Shown: one piece after another, positions 31,715 to 49,449 of the stretch | How positions within the stretch are numbered: position 1 is the stretch's first letter | Layout of the letters: each line of letters opens with the position of its first letter | DNA from: the human T2T-CHM13v2.0 reference genome, Homo sapiens | Assembly: GCA_009914755.4 (NCBI GenBank) | Contig: CP068257.2 | Coordinates: forward strand, 15,840,001-15,904,000 | DNA: 64,000 bases | Reading direction: 5' to 3' | Notes under the pieces: generated by a model | Databases searched by the model: none | What the model was told of the DNA's origin: nothing | The model's input: only the letters and a program-made list of their open reading frames with translations | Position numbers and translations under genes: made by a program

Positions 31715-32060
31715 GGGATCCTGGAGCAGGTAATGGGGGTTGAAGGTGGAAGGGTTGGGTAGATGTTGGTCAAGGGATACAAAATTAAATCCATTATCCA
31801 ACATGGTGACTATAGTTAATAACAATGTATTATATTTTTGAAAATTGCTATGAGTGGATTTTAAGTTCTCACCACAAAAAGTATGTGAGGTAATGCATAT
31901 GTTAATTCCCTGGATTTAACCATTTCACAAGGCACACATATTTCAAAATAATGTGTTATATGTAGATAAACATACACAATTTTTGTCAATGAAAAATAGA
32001 AAAAAAACAGAAAAATACCAAATTTATAAAATAAATTGAGGTGTTTGGATGAAAAAAAAT
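31715..32060 (+). mobile_element. Ancient L1 (L1M/L1PB-type) 3'UTR terminal fragment, sense.
   Basis: ...gggttgggtagatgttggtcaagggatacaaaattaaatccattatccaacatggtgactatagttaataacaatgtattatatttttgaaaattgctatgagtggattttaagttctcaccacaaaaagtatgtgaggtaatgcatatgttaattccctggatttaaccatttcacaa... matches the classic old-L1 3' end. Confidence 0.55.
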
Positions 32061-33536
32061 ACAAGAGCTTTGCCTTCATGTCTGTAGATCTCTTAATATA
32101 TTATTGGTCTTGCATCTCAGATATCAAATAAAGGTACCTAGCTTGACACAAAAGTTGGTAGCTGCAAGGTTAAGCTGTATTAGTTTGATGATGGGCCAGG
32201 AAATGATATATTTTCTAAATTTTATCCTTAAATATTGGCTGTAACAAATGCTGATATAGCAAAACGTAAGCTTCTATTAGACAGCAAGAGGGAAACTTGA
32301 GTGAATGAATGCAACTTACCTCCAAGTCCTCTTAAAGGAGGTAAAATAATAAATACTGTGTTTTACCAGTGCTCCCCCCAAAGCATTATTCTAAGCATGC
32401 AGGAGGGTATAGTGAGCAGCTACAATAGTAAGATCCAACCCAGAGGTAGGTTCAAGGCCAAGAGTAGGAGAGTGGTTGAGGAAATCCTCCTAGGGCCAGT
32501 ACCATTTCATAGAATGCCCATTTGTGTTGGGGGATGAGTCTGGCCTATTTTCTTCTGATTCAAAAGCACATTCCCAATTTCAACCTTGCTGAAAAAGAGG
32601 CATTTTTGTACCTGCTATTAAGAACAGCTAGGATACAGGATAAGGCTGGCATAAAATTATTTAGCAAGCACATGCTAGCTATTCCAGTTTGAAATCTACC
32701 AAACTGTAAAATCGGGGAGAAATAAAAAGTTGAAGTTGTTGTTCCTCAAGATGAGGGAACAAAATCTTACAAAAGGTGGGATTAGGCACTCGCTTAACTC
32801 TATATGGAGAACATCCTTCTCAAGCTAGGTGGAAGATGAGGAAGAATATTACCAAAAGCTGACCAGGCCATTTGGAGACCAAAAGGAAAGGAAAAAAGGC
32901 ATTTAGGAAGCAAGCTAGTAAAAGAAGTTCTTCTGGGTCTGACTAAGTAAGTGAATCTAAGGGAACCATACCAAAGATATGTTACCCATTACTCCAGCAT
33001 GAAGCCAGTGGCAAAATACCTCAAGACATTTTAAACCCAGAGAAGTGTATGAAAAATATGATAGTTAACCAAGCAGATTAAAATCAAACCACTAATGGTA
33101 AAAATCTCTTCAGATCTGAAATCCAAGATACTCACTTTCCATTAATTCTGTGTTTTATAGGGGGAAAAGAAAAGTAACAAATGTAAAGATTTTTTTTATT
33201 TCTACTGGGGAGGGAGGAGGATAAATAGAACTGTTTTCCAATTTGCTCTCCACTGTATACACACATACCCACACACATACATAAGCAAACATACACCAAA
33301 AATACCCCAAACAAAAAACAAAAAAACCAGGAATCAAAACCCAGAACACCCTCAAACTGCACCAATACTTCATATTTTGACCAAAAAAATATCCTGAGAG
33401 GAAGGCAAAATGCAAAATCAAATGACAGAAAAATGCTGAACAGCATTATTAATATACAAAATATTTATATTAGTGAACTAGTAACAGGTGATGTTCTCTG
33501 TGTCTGTAAAACTTTGGAACCACATAGCTGATTTGT

Positions 33537-34085
33537 TCAATCTAGTCCATGCCAGCTTCCAAAAACCATGCCAGCTTCATTCTTTGATGCCTCATCAAAA
33601 TTTTCTACAAGATCGGGAACATCATCATCCTCCTCATCAGTGTCTTCTGGTTTTGCTGCTTTACTGTCCAAGACTTGCCGTGGGAACTGTTCAGCTAACT
33701 TCCTAAGGCTTGTTAAACTGTCAGCACCAAGCTGACTTAATATTCCAGGTATCATTTCTGTGATTGGTTTGGCTTCTGCATGACCAGTAATTGCAAAGGT
33801 GTTAGCAGAAAGGGAAGCTTGGACTTTGGGATTGTTGAAGTGAATAACTGTCCCATCATCTTTAATCATGTTCATCTCTTCAATACCAACTATATTATTC
33901 ACAGCCAGTTTTTTTAGAGAACTCTGAAGCTTTTTGTCGTCAGCCATGGCTGTTTTATGTACCACCTTCTTTCTGCGAGCTGTACCCTTGCCCCCTATCC
34001 GGACCTGAGCCTGAAGTTTGGCTAACTTTTCTTGATTCATGCTGTTGGTAAATCTGAAGCAGGGAGGGTCCTCCAGCACCAGCAC
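33537..34085 (-). pseudogene. Processed retrocopy of BTF3L4 (basic transcription factor 3-like 4), intronless, antisense within CXADR intron 1. The retrocopy footprint is roughly 33450-34125. The ORF is open for 182 codons: a 15-codon upstream extension, then [25 protein letters not shown]..., a few substitutions and one in-frame codon loss, and a C-terminal extension caused by a small tandem duplication. Possibly the annotated BTF3L4P1, but the symbol is not verified.
   Basis: The ORF-track protein 33537..34085(-) is near-identical (as recalled) to BTF3L4 residues 1-157. It is contiguous with no introns. 5'UTR-like sequence (gccatcttgctcttgccgcg...) lies upstream on the minus strand. The duplicated motif catgccagcttc at the 3' end replaces the parental ...ASKNEAN stop. 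Confidence 0.8.
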
Positions 34086-34693
34086 GCGGCAAGAGCAAGA
34101 TGGCTGCCCGATATGCCCCCTCTTAATCTTTTCATTCCTGCGATTATACCACCATCAGAGGAAAAATGCCTCCCCTCCAAGGCAAGCCTCCCTACATTGG
34201 CTCCTTACCCTGTCTGTTGTGGGGTCTCCATCGATTACCAACTTAGCTCACTGCACTAGATCAGAGGACAGGGCCATTACCTATATTCATTGTTGCAGTC
34301 CCTGCATGGTCTTGTGGCTCCTGGCAGACAGCTAGTGTTCAGCAAGTCCTTTTTGCATGACTGAAAGTTTTCAACTTCTTTGCCACTAGGCCTGTGTGTA
34401 TGATAGAGCTCTCTTCAGTTCATCACTCTCTCCCTTCTCATCTAATAAAGATGGTCCTTACAGTGATTATTCCACTAGTCATGTCTGAGTCAGTTTTTAA
34501 TCTAAAGAAGCTGAGCTTCTGCTTTATCTTTGACCTCGTTCTATTTTTTCTCCTGCTTCAGTTGCCAAAGGTTACAGTAATGCATGTGCCAAATTGGTTT
34601 ATCTCTTTGGAACTCCTTGACACCTATTTTGGTTCTTTCCCACCCTGTTGACCTGCGCTTTACTGTCTTCTAAAATAGGTCCCTTAAATGTCA

Positions 34694-35089
<396 letters not shown>

Positions 35090-35384
35090 TCAACCCACCT
35101 CTGCTTTGGATCCTGGGCCACTATTTCCAACTGCGTAACTATTCAACTTCCATTCGAATACCTAACACTCTTCACTCTCCAAGTACACTCACCTGTTAAT
35201 TAAGTGATACTTAATGTACTGATACTACTATGTGCAAAGCCATGTGCCAGGTGCCCCTACAATAGAACATGACATTGCAAGTTGCAAAAGCTTTGGCAGA
35301 ATTTTCCAGTCAGATGGTACAGCTTTTGCAAAGACATAGAGATCTGAAGGGTTTGATATGTCTTGGGAGTTGAGTAGTTCAGTG

Positions 35385-35510
35385 CATGTAAGGCACCTAA
35401 CCAGTGCTTCTCAAACTTTGTGCATCTGAATGATTCTTACAAGGAAGTCTAGGTGGGGCTTGTGAGTTTGCATTTTAACAAGTTTTACATGATGTCACTG
35501 CTGACCACGT
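35385..35510. mobile_element. MER5-like hAT DNA-transposon relic. A second scrap sits at about 31545-31600.
   Basis: ccagtgcttctcaaactttgtgcatctgaatgattcttacaagg...ggggcttgtgagtttgcattttaacaagtt resembles the MER5A consensus (CAGTGGTTCTCAAA...TTTTAACAAGC...). Recognised from memory only. Confidence 0.35.
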
Positions 35511-36204
35511 TTTGTGTGGGCAAAGATCTAAAGGCCATACTGAGAGCTTGGTGGGAGCTGACAGGTCTGTCAGGTTATGCACCCTAACCCCACGGTACTA
35601 AGACATTTGTGGAAGTGTCGAGAAGTAAGGTTATACGCTGAGATTTATTTTATTGAATGGTAGCTATGTAGCAGTTCTCAAGGAAGGTAGAACTAATAGA
35701 GCTAACACAGGAATCCTCTGGGATGATCTGGACGTAAGCAGTCCCTGTTGAAACGCAGCAGAAGAGAGTTGGGCTTCTGCTTTGATCTGGAAAGCTTTTC
35801 TGAAGAAGATAGTAGTGGAACCTGACGTCTGGTTGCTTGAATGAGTAGCATGAAAAAGTTGGAGAGATTTCTGGCTTGAGTGTATAATGATGTCACTAAC
35901 CTACGGGAAATAAAAAGGAGCAGGTTTTAGGGAGATGACAATGAGCTTAAGTTTGGACAGGTAGTATTTGAGGTGCCTGAGAGGCAAGGAGGTAAAAAAA
36001 TATCTGATAGGAAGATTGCAACACAGGACTGGATTTCAGGAAAGAGACAGACATTGGTGATACAGACTTGAGAATTCACTGCTGTTAGGTGGCGTCTGTG
36101 TAAAGTTAAGGAGGAAATGCAGGTAGGACTAGAAGAGAAGGTGAAATGTGAGGCGGGGGAAACATGAACTTCTAATAAGTACATGAGGAAGCAGCTGGGA
36201 GTAA

Positions 36205-36682
<478 letters not shown>

Positions 36683-37067
36683 TGATAGAGGAGTGGGCAT
36701 CAGGTAAGTGGAGAGTGAAAAATAAACTTCACATTTGCAGGTGGTTTGACAGTGAAGCTTTGCATGTGTGGCCTTAATTCCAGAGGACAGTAGCATATCC
36801 CAGGGGAGAAGGTAGAAGCCAGCAGATAAAGACTCTTTTAACTTCCCTCCATCTAGGCCTACAATCTTGTCCACATCATCATTCCACAAAACATGGTATT
36901 TCTCCTTAAGGCCAATTCCTGAACTTCAGACCTTTTGGCTTCTCAGGGATGTCACTCTGTTATCCCATCTATTATATCTGGATTCCGTCAACTTTAACCA
37001 AGCTTATTTATCCCTCTTTATATTCCTTCGGTACTGTTGTCGCTTTGCCTTTATTTTTTATTTTTAA

Positions 37068-37493
<426 letters not shown>

Positions 37494-38855
37494 CTTTATT
37501 TTTCTTTATTAACCAGATTTCTGGAAAAAATAGCCTGCATGTACTGACTGCATTATTTTCTTTCATGCCCACTAATTCTTCCATCCTTTGCAATCTAATT
37601 TTCATCCCCTTCTACTTCTATGAAACTGCAGTTGCTGTAGATTGCAGTTGACACTGTGGCTACATCCGGTGGTCACATCGTATCTTCAGCCTCTTAAACC
37701 TCAGCACAAATAGCTCTATTGAACAGTTTCTTTCTGCTCTTGAGCTATTCCTCATTTCCTTTTGTATGGTCCATTTCCTTCGTGTACCGTAAATGCCAAC
37801 ATTTCTCAGTTTATGGGTGCAGTTACTGTTTATTTGCCTACAGTCTCCAGTACATTTCTAGTCTCCCTTCTCCAACTTTACCCACATCAAAACCATCCAC
37901 TTAATGTCTCTACACACACTTCCCACAGGCATCTCCAGCTGATTCTGTTTCACACTCTTCTCTCTCATATTAATTGGCATTTTCAGACACCAAAATGCCC
38001 AGGCAAAAATATGAATATCTTACTTGGCCTTTCCTATTTTCCCATCTGCTCATATCCAATTTCGAAGTCATTGTGTCCCTCCAGCCACTACCTGTAATCT
38101 AGGTTATACCATTCTCTCTTCAGCTTGTTGAGATGCTTTCATAATTGGCCTCCTGTTGAGTGAACTTTACCCTGTCCTCCAGGCACATCCTGTTACTTAC
38201 TGCAGCATGTTCTAACCTTTATCAAGCATGCCGATACTGTCATTGTTTTCTCTTGCCAGAATGTACATTTCATAGGTCAGGCACTGTTTACATTGTATTC
38301 CCAGTATATGGCACAGGGCATGTTCATTGCATAAATGGGGAAAGTTATGCTAGACAGGAATTCATGTTTGTAGGCTTGGGAAGGACCTAGAAGAGAAAGA
38401 GCATTTGAAGATCAAGAATAGGTACCTCATGGAAGAGGTGAGCAGGGCTGGGCTCTGTGTCCTGCACAGGTCAGCTTTGTGTCAGCTTTGCCAGGTGTTC
38501 AGGAGTGGAGTTTATATCACCACTCACATTTAGTTCTCCTACTTGCAGCCAGTTCTCTCCCCTTCCCTTATTTCCACCTTTCATCTGTCATAGAAGTCAT
38601 CATCAGATGAGAGTTGATGCTTTGTGTCATTAAATAAAGGAAATAATTGAGGCTGGGAACTTTGGATTCAGTTTATTTGGTGGCTAGCAAGTAGTTGATG
38701 TGAAGATAATTATTAAATTAAATTAATTATTAAAATAAGATAATTATTAAAATAATGCAGAAAACAATTAAAAATTATCCAACCAGAATGACCTTATGGG
38801 TTTATCTTACTGTCTTTCATCTAACTTCTGTTTCTTAAGAAAACAAACCTAGTAA

Positions 38856-39650
<795 letters not shown>

Positions 39651-39660
39651 GCCAGTTAGA

Positions 39661-39973
<313 letters not shown>

Positions 39974-42900
39974 TTAGACTTAAATTAAGCCTTTGAGTTT
40001 AAGTTGACTCAAGTTTTTGTAGTTTATTTCAGTTGGTGGGGTGTTTGCAGAAGAAAAGACTTTCTTGATCTATTGATAAAAAAAGGAAGATAGGAAAAGG
40101 GAAGGAGATAATAGTAACAATATTTTTAGGGTAAGTGTGAGATCAGTGGTATGGTTCAGTTTGTCCTTTGGTACTTGGTGAGAAAAAGGATTAACAATTA
40201 AATTAACCAACATTTATACATACTAAGAAAATGCAAATTTCTTTGGAAACGTTAAAATCATTTTCATTCTTTCAAAGATATTTCTTACAAAGTGGAATGG
40301 GAATGGTTTTAATTTCATTTACTTCTAAGAAATAAAAGTATGTTAAGATTTTAAGAAGAAACAACATAACTAATTGCAGTTATTTTTTCACTTTCCCATC
40401 GTTAGATGTGTGTTCTATGTGAGTTTTAGACATTTTCAGAGGAAGGGTGGATTGACTGTATGTTTGAAGTCCTCTCAAGGAATCTCAAGGGACATACAAT
40501 GAACTAAATGTGTTCAGCCCCCACCTTTGTTCAGTTGTTGGAGTGACTATCACTTATTCTCTTCAGTCTCTCTCACATGTATTTTAAACACTTGAATACT
40601 GGACAGTTCCCATGGGAGATTTCTGTCAAGGACCAGATACAAACTTTTGACTTTGTTTTGTGCCAGGGTAATTCTGCAGGAAGAATTGAGAAGACTCTTA
40701 ACTTACTCAGTTGTACAGTGGAAATCTGATACTTCTAGAATGAACTTGTAAATCTGGATGAGCAAAATGATCATATCTTATTTTTAAAGACAATTGCACA
40801 CGCATCTCATTTAGAGCCACTCTCTTAACCTTGGGATAGAAAGGACACATCATATTATTCTCATGTATAGGAAACAAGTCCTAAAGCCCAGGCAATTGTG
40901 GCATTGGTGTTAGAACAGTGCTGTCCAACAGAAATATAATGCAAGCCACATATGTAATTTAAAATTTGCTAGTAGCCACATTAAAAGGCAAAAAGAAAAA
41001 TGTGAAATGAAACAATATATTTTGTTTAACACAATACATACAAAATATGCTTTTTTCCCCATGTATTCAAATGAAAAATATTGGGATATTAAAATGTTTT
41101 TCGTACTTTGCCAGAATCTGGTCAGTGTTTGACCTACAGCACATCTCATTTGCACTAGCCATGTTTCAAGTGCCAGCAGCTACTGTATTGGTCAGCACTA
41201 GGAGTTTTAGTTCCAGTCATCTTCCACCATAGTCCTAGAACATTTAACCTGAAAAAGCATGGGGGCAGTGTGCCATCAAAACAGCTTTCTCAAATGGAAC
41301 ATGCCTTTGGAATAGTTCTCATGAGATTTTACTTCTAAAATCGTTATTTTTTTTTTGTCACATAGTATTTGTTTCCTGTTAGCGATGAGCTAAAATAGTT
41401 TCTTATTTCTTACTTAATCTCTTGTAGTCATCAAAACATTTGTTACAGGCACACAAAATTGTATCAGCTCTCCTTATTCCATAGTTAAAGCCAATCACAT
41501 CTTGAGTATAAAGCAGAAAAGTATATGCATAATAATTATATTTTTAATTTGCCTAGGTGGGGAAATAAATGCATTTATGGAAAGGTCCAAAAGAAGCAGG
41601 ATAGAATGGCCCCAGGTAATGGTTGCTGGGGAAATTTGAATTCACTTAGAGTTATTAAAAAGGAATCTATACCAAGATTGGGGCAATCAGGTTAGACATG
41701 CTCACAACAGGGATAATTTTCTTATTGGAGTTAACTTTTTCTTCATTAACTTCAGGACTTTTCTATAAGGAAATACACTATTTGCTCATTTTGCTAATAA
41801 CATCTGTGTCTATTTCTTGGATATCTTATTTTCTGTGATCACATCTTTATAAGACACTTCATCTGGGTGGGTTTTGGTGTTTTGTTTTTGTTTTTGTTTT
41901 GCTAAATAGTCACTTTTCCTGTCTCATGTTAATTGAAGAGGAAGAGAAGCGAGCTGCAAGTTTTATATGAGCCAGGAGGCAAAGGAAGATTTCCTTATAT
42001 GGAGTGATACATATTATTCTATGAAGGTGATGAAAATATTCACCATGGCAACTGATCTGCCTTACCCATAATGCAAAATACCCTATTTGCATTTATTTTG
42101 CCAGAGAATTCTGAAATTAGGATCTATGTAGTAGAGAATATGAGGAAGGTAATATACTATTTCGGTTGAAAAGGAGAATAATTTTTCTTTTGACTCGTCA
42201 AGTGCAGTAGTAAGAAGGGGGGAAGAGAAGAACAAAGAGTTGGATCTGTAACTGTGAACAATTGATTGAAATAATTCACTACTTTTAGACCAACCAAGAA
42301 GAAGAATAGTTTTGACCAGAATTGGAATTTGAACGCTCCCCCAAGTTGAGTATGTCTGTGTGCTAGTGGAGTGGGGAAGGGTTGAGTCACAATCCAGTTC
42401 AGCAAATCTCTGCCAGGATGTTTACTTTTTAGCTCCCCTTATCTGATTTTCCATTGTAAATTTGTATTAAATATTTCTGATAAGCAGCCTCAATTCTTGT
42501 GGAAGTTTGAGGGCAAATAAATAATATGTACTTATGGGCAAGGCATTGTAATAGTTGCTTCAGGAGATTTAAATGAGTAACACACCATTCTAGTACTCTT
42601 GGCAAGCTTAAATCCAGAGGGAGGAGTCAGACAATTATTCGTGCAGCTATGGTACCAGGCAGAGCAAGGCAGGAATCATAGCAGATATGCTATCTGAAAA
42701 TGTAAGGTATTCTGATTATTCCTTCCATGCCTTAACTGGCATCTCTAAACCATTTTTCCTTCCACCTTGGGAACCCCTCATCCTTTGAGACTTCTGCCCT
42801 TTGCTTATATCTAACTTATAGTTGCTGCTCCTTTTTTATTTTTTTATTTTTATTTATTTATTTATTTATTTTTTAATGAGACGGAATCTCGCTCTGTCGC

Positions 42901-43074
42901 CCAGGCTGGAATGCAGCCTGCTTCTCCTTGTTGACAGGAAATGCTCAGCTTCACATTCACCCCCTGCCCCAGCATTATCCGGCATTTTAGTATTTACGTT
43001 TTACAATGCACTTTTCTAACATCCTTACACCACATTTTCTTGACCTTTCAAATACAGTGAAAGGTATTTTTTAG

Positions 43075-43798
<724 letters not shown>

Positions 43799-44082
43799 TG
43801 AACTCTAATATCATGCCTCCCAGCTTTCTCATTCTGCATCACACCTTCTCCTTAATATCAGTGAGGCCTCCAGAGCCTTCCCCAACTCTCACACCCCTAC
43901 TGGTCTTCTGGCTACTTTAAAACCAGAATTTCGTCACTAGTCCTGGTCAGACTCCAGCTCCCGTTCCTGATGTGGATCAGTTCTCCGGGGCAGTTTCTTT
44001 GCTCCTACTCACGGACTGTGATGCACAGCTGTGTGGCTTGGGGAGGTACTTTTTATTGTCCAATTTGACTGGACTTTTTGTC

Positions 44083-44376
<294 letters not shown>

Positions 44377-44668
44377 CTTTTTTTTTGAGACACAGTTTCA
44401 TTCTCCCTCCCAGGCTGCAGTGCAGTGGCATGATCTTAGCTCACTGCAAGCTCTGCCTCCCGGGTTCAAGTGATTCTCATGCCTCAACCTGTTGAACAGC
44501 TGGGATTACAGGCATGTGCCACCACGCCCTGCTAATTTTTGTATTTTTAATAGAGATAGGGTTTTGCCATGTTGGCCAGGCTGATCTCGAACTCCTGACC
44601 TCAAGTGATCCACCCACCTTGGTCTCCCAAAGTGCTAGGATTACAGGTGTGAGCCACTGCGCCCGGCC
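44377..44668 (-). mobile_element. Alu antisense, second of the tandem pair.
   Basis: tttttttttgagacacagtttcattctccctcccaggctgcagtgcagtggcatgatcttagctcactgcaagctctgcc...gtgtgagccactgcgcccggcc. Confidence 0.9.
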
Positions 44669-44980
44669 GCCTTTTTGAATTAAGTACATTAATAAAGCGT
44701 TAGAACATTATGTATTTAACACAAAGACAATTTGAATTTGCTTTTTTGTTGCTTATTCCTTCAGGTATTCTAAAATTTATTTTTAAGTAAAGCTTTTAAT
44801 TGAAGTTATGACATGCACAGAATACCACACAGTTTAGACCATTAATTTTTATAAACGTACAGGGTAGAGCATTGTCACAAAGTGGCCACACCTGCATACC
44901 TAGCAACCTGATCCGGAAATAGAACCCAACCCACATATCAGAAGCCCTGTCATGCCCCTTCCAGTCCCTTCCTTTACTAT

Positions 44981-45347
<367 letters not shown>

Positions 45348-45573
45348 TAACAATGTAGATTAGTGTTAACATTTTATATAAATAGAATTTTACAGTTTGT
45401 GTTTTTTGTCTTATTTTACTTCTCATGTTGGTAAGATTATTCATGTTGTGTAGCTTTGTTTTATTCATTTGCATTGCTGTGTGATATTCTATTATGTGAC
45501 TGTATCACAATTGATTTATTTATTCTACTGATGGACCCTTTTTCCCAGCTTTTTTGCCATTATGAAATAACTA

Positions 45574-45894
<321 letters not shown>

Positions 45895-46065
45895 TTATCC
45901 TACATGTGTTTTCATGCATATGCACATAAATTTCTCCCTATCAATGGAATTTCTGAGTCCTGTAGGTTATACATAAGTTTCACTGTGGTTGATACTGCCA
46001 GTTAGTTTTCCAAAGCTAATTGTACCAGTTGACACTTCGATCAAAGAGTATGAAAGTTCCAGTTG

Positions 46066-46397
<332 letters not shown>

Positions 46398-46843
46398 CTA
46401 CATCCTTATCATGGCCTTCTTTCATTTTGACTATTCTGGTGGATGTGTTAGTGCCATCTCATTATAATTTTCTTTTCTTATTCTTTTTGTTATGGAAAAT
46501 TTCAAATATATGTAAAACTAGAGAAAATTATTTGGCACATCCCAGTATATCTTTGCTCAGCTTTATCAACTCTCAGCTCATGTCGGACTTTTTCTGCTGC
46601 TCTGTTGACTCTGATTTGTTTCGCCATTCCTCCTCACAGGTGTCTCAGACTTGGACCAGTCTCTAAAATTCTCTACCTACAAAATGTTCAGCCTCTTGTA
46701 TTTTAAGTTAATATTGTAGTCCCCGTTTGTCACAGAGGATATCAGGTACAAATTCTTGCAATTTCTTGTACTCTAATGTGTAAACTTAACGATAAGTGTG
46801 CCAATGTTTACATCTTTCCTTCAATCTCTTTTTGGTTTTTTAG

Positions 46844-46945
46844 AGTTAAGGTCTCACTGTATTGTCCAGGCTGGTTGAGCAAGTGATGCTCCCTCCTTGT
46901 CTCCCGAAGTGTTGAGATTACAGGCTTGAGCTACGGTACCTAGGG
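46844..46945 (-). mobile_element. Alu-like monomer fragment (FLAM/FAM-like), antisense.
   Basis: tttttagagttaaggtctcactgtattgtccaggctggttgagcaagtgatgctccctccttgtctcccgaagtgttgagattacaggcttgagctacggtacctagg. Confidence 0.6.
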
Positions 46946-46995
46946 TCTAATAAAAGGTGTCTTATTCCTGATATTTGTTTTTTGGGTTTTTTTTT

Positions 46996-47275
46996 TTTTT
47001 GGTGGTGGGGGACAGGGTCTTTTTCTGTCACCCAAGCTGGAATGCAGTGATGCAGTCACAACTCACTGCAGCCTCGACCTCCCAGGCTCCCACCTCAGTC
47101 TCCGTAGTAGCTGGGACTGCAGGCATGCACCACCACGTACAACTAACTTAAAAATTTTTTTTTTAGAGATGGTGCCTTCCTATGTTGCCCAGGTTGGTCT
47201 CAAACTCCTGGGCCTAAGCAGTCTTCCTGCCTCAACCTCCCAAAGTGTTGCTATTACAGGTGTGGTGAACAGGTC
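46996..47275 (-). mobile_element. Old Alu (J-like) antisense.
   Basis: Poly-T ...gggacagggtctttttctgtcacccaagctggaatgcagtgatgcagtcacaactcactgcagcctcgacctcccaggctcc...ttgctattacaggtgtggtgaac. Confidence 0.8.
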
Positions 47276-49056
47276 CTTATTGACAGTTTTCTAGGTCTCA
47301 TTCTTTTTTGAGGGCTTGATCTTTTAGTCTCTGGTGTTTGGCTATAAGATTTTTAACGTCTCCTATTCTATTTGCTTTTTCCTTTTGACTTATAAATGTA
47401 CTCAATGTTTCCCATTTCAAAAAGAACCTTTCCTTGACCACATATCATACACTGTCTATTTTCTCCCCTCATCGAGAACAAATTTCTCAAACTAGTAGTC
47501 ATTTCTGTCTTTGCTCACATCTCTCAAGCACTGTGGTCAGATAATATCCTGTTGCAGCTCCCCAAAACCTTCACTAAATCTGATTTGGCCTAGGACACCG
47601 ATGATGTTCTAATTGCCAAATCTAGTGGATACATTTCAGTGTCATTTTTTTTACATAATAAATTGTGAGTTCTTCCTAGTGGAAGGCACTGCTAAATGCC
47701 TTTTAAATATAAAAGATGACAAGACATAGGGTTATGTATCATAGTAGAAGTATTAGGCTTATCAGATGACAGTGAATTGCCTACTAGCTACTATTTATTG
47801 AAGAGTGAACACCAGGATGTGCTGCAGCTGTTCTAAGAGGTTTACATGTGTTATTTAATTTCTCCAATGAAGTAGGCATTATTATTTTTAATCTTCATTT
47901 TAGAGAGGAAAACATCTAGTCACGGAGAGGCTAGAAATTGCCTGTGGCCAAGCATTTAGTGAGATAAATTTGAATCTGAACCCAGATCTAACTTTAGAAC
48001 TCCTACTGTTTAAGAAATGTCTGCATTTGTTGGGAGCTGGACTCAGAGAACTCCTGCTAATGCCTTTGAGATGTGGATACAGGGGAGGAGAAGAAATGAT
48101 TGTCAGGGAAGGCTTCTTGTTGGTTGATTGATCAATGGGCTAGAATTAGAACATACTTAGTTAGGTCTGAAATAGATAATTTAGTTCAACACCCCTAATT
48201 TACATTTGAGCCCTAGGGAAGCAACTTGTCCAAAATCATACAGAGCTTTTTTGTGTAATAAATTTGGCAACAGTCAGATAACCTAGTCTGACATTTATTT
48301 TTCTGTTTTTCCAAAAAAAGAAAAAGTTTCACCCAAACCCCTGAACCATGTGCCACCTAAAATGCTACTAGAAATGTAGCATAGAAGAAGAGTATAAATT
48401 CCAAACATTTCTCTACCATGGTGATTGGAATAGGATTTCTAATAATGCACCCATTGTATTTTATAGTGACTTCAGAAATGAAATCTTTATTACTGTTGTA
48501 TGATGTTCGTGGATTGACTTCTACATACAGAGTGAGTGTGGCTCCAGAATCAGTCGGCCTAGATTTGAATCTTGCTCCTTCAGTAGCTTAGATGTGTCTC
48601 AGTGTGTTTGTTTCTTCATTGCAAAACACGGATGCATAATATTAGTACCTTTTTCTTGGAGTTGTTATGAGAATGGAAAGAGTTAATACGTGTAGGGCAT
48701 TTTGAAAAGTGCTTGGTCTGTCATAAGCACTCAGTAACTGTTTAGTTGCTGTTTATTGTTAAGGTGATGGTTTCCCCATTTCTATTCCAGTTTATTTCCT
48801 GGGGGCCTGCTTTTTGATTTCTCATTGGGGATAGGGAGCTGGGAATTGATATTTGAAAAGTACAAAGAAGAGCAAGTGTGTATACTTATGCCATTTCTCA
48901 TTGTTACTAATTTATCTTGCTGTATTAATTTCCTTAGCTCTGAGTACATATTAACAGTCTATACTGAGTAACACTCGTGGGAATTAAAGAACTAAAACTC
49001 CTAGACAATGAAGAGCATAATTTCTACTTCCCTGTATTTTCTTCTCTTTCTCAGCA

Positions 49057-49131
49057 ATATATATATATATATATAGCTATATATATATATATACACATAT
49101 ATATAGCTATATATATATACACACACACATA

Positions 49132-49147
<16 letters not shown>
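49057..49147. repeat. Compound (TA)n/(CA)n microsatellite of about 90 bp fused to the poly-T tail of the next Alu.
   Basis: atatatatatatatatagctatatatatatatatacacatatatatagctatatatatatacacacacacatatatatatatatatat. Confidence 0.9.
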
Positions 49148-49165
<18 letters not shown>

Positions 49166-49449
49166 TTTTTTGAGATGGAGTCTCGCTCTGTTACCCAGGC
49201 TGGAGTGCAGTGGCGCGATCTTGGCTCACTGCAACCTCTGCCTCCGGGTTTCAAGCGATTCTTCTGCCTCTAGCTGGGACTACAGGTGCCTGCCACCACA
49301 CCCGGCTAGTTTCTGTATTTTTAGTAGAGACGGGGTTTCGCCATGTGGGCCAGGCTGGTCTTGATGTCCTGACCTTGTGATCTGCCTGTCTCAGCCTCCC
49401 AAAGTGCTGGGATTACAGGCGTGAGCCACGGCACCCGGCCTTAGCAGTA
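49148..49449 (-). mobile_element. Alu antisense with an internal deletion.
   Basis: T24 then gagatggagtctcgctctgttacccaggctggagtgcagtggcgcgatcttggctcactgcaacctctgcc...gcgtgagccacggcacccggcc. Confidence 0.9.

Noticed and set aside
33191-33200. aataaaaaaaatc on the minus strand (revcomp of gattttttttatt) as the polyadenylation signal and poly(A) remnant defining the 3' end of the BTF3L4 retrocopy.
   Set aside because: The A-run is only 8 nt and the parental BTF3L4 3'UTR structure cannot be verified from memory. The 3' boundary of the retrocopy is therefore left approximate.
33132-33446. ORFs 33132..33446(-) and 33155..33421(-) just downstream of the BTF3L4 retrocopy.
   Set aside because: They fall in CA-rich, low-complexity sequence on the retrocopy's 3' side that is likely 3'UTR-derived. 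The peptides are low-complexity (Cys/Val/Phe-rich) with no recognisable domain.
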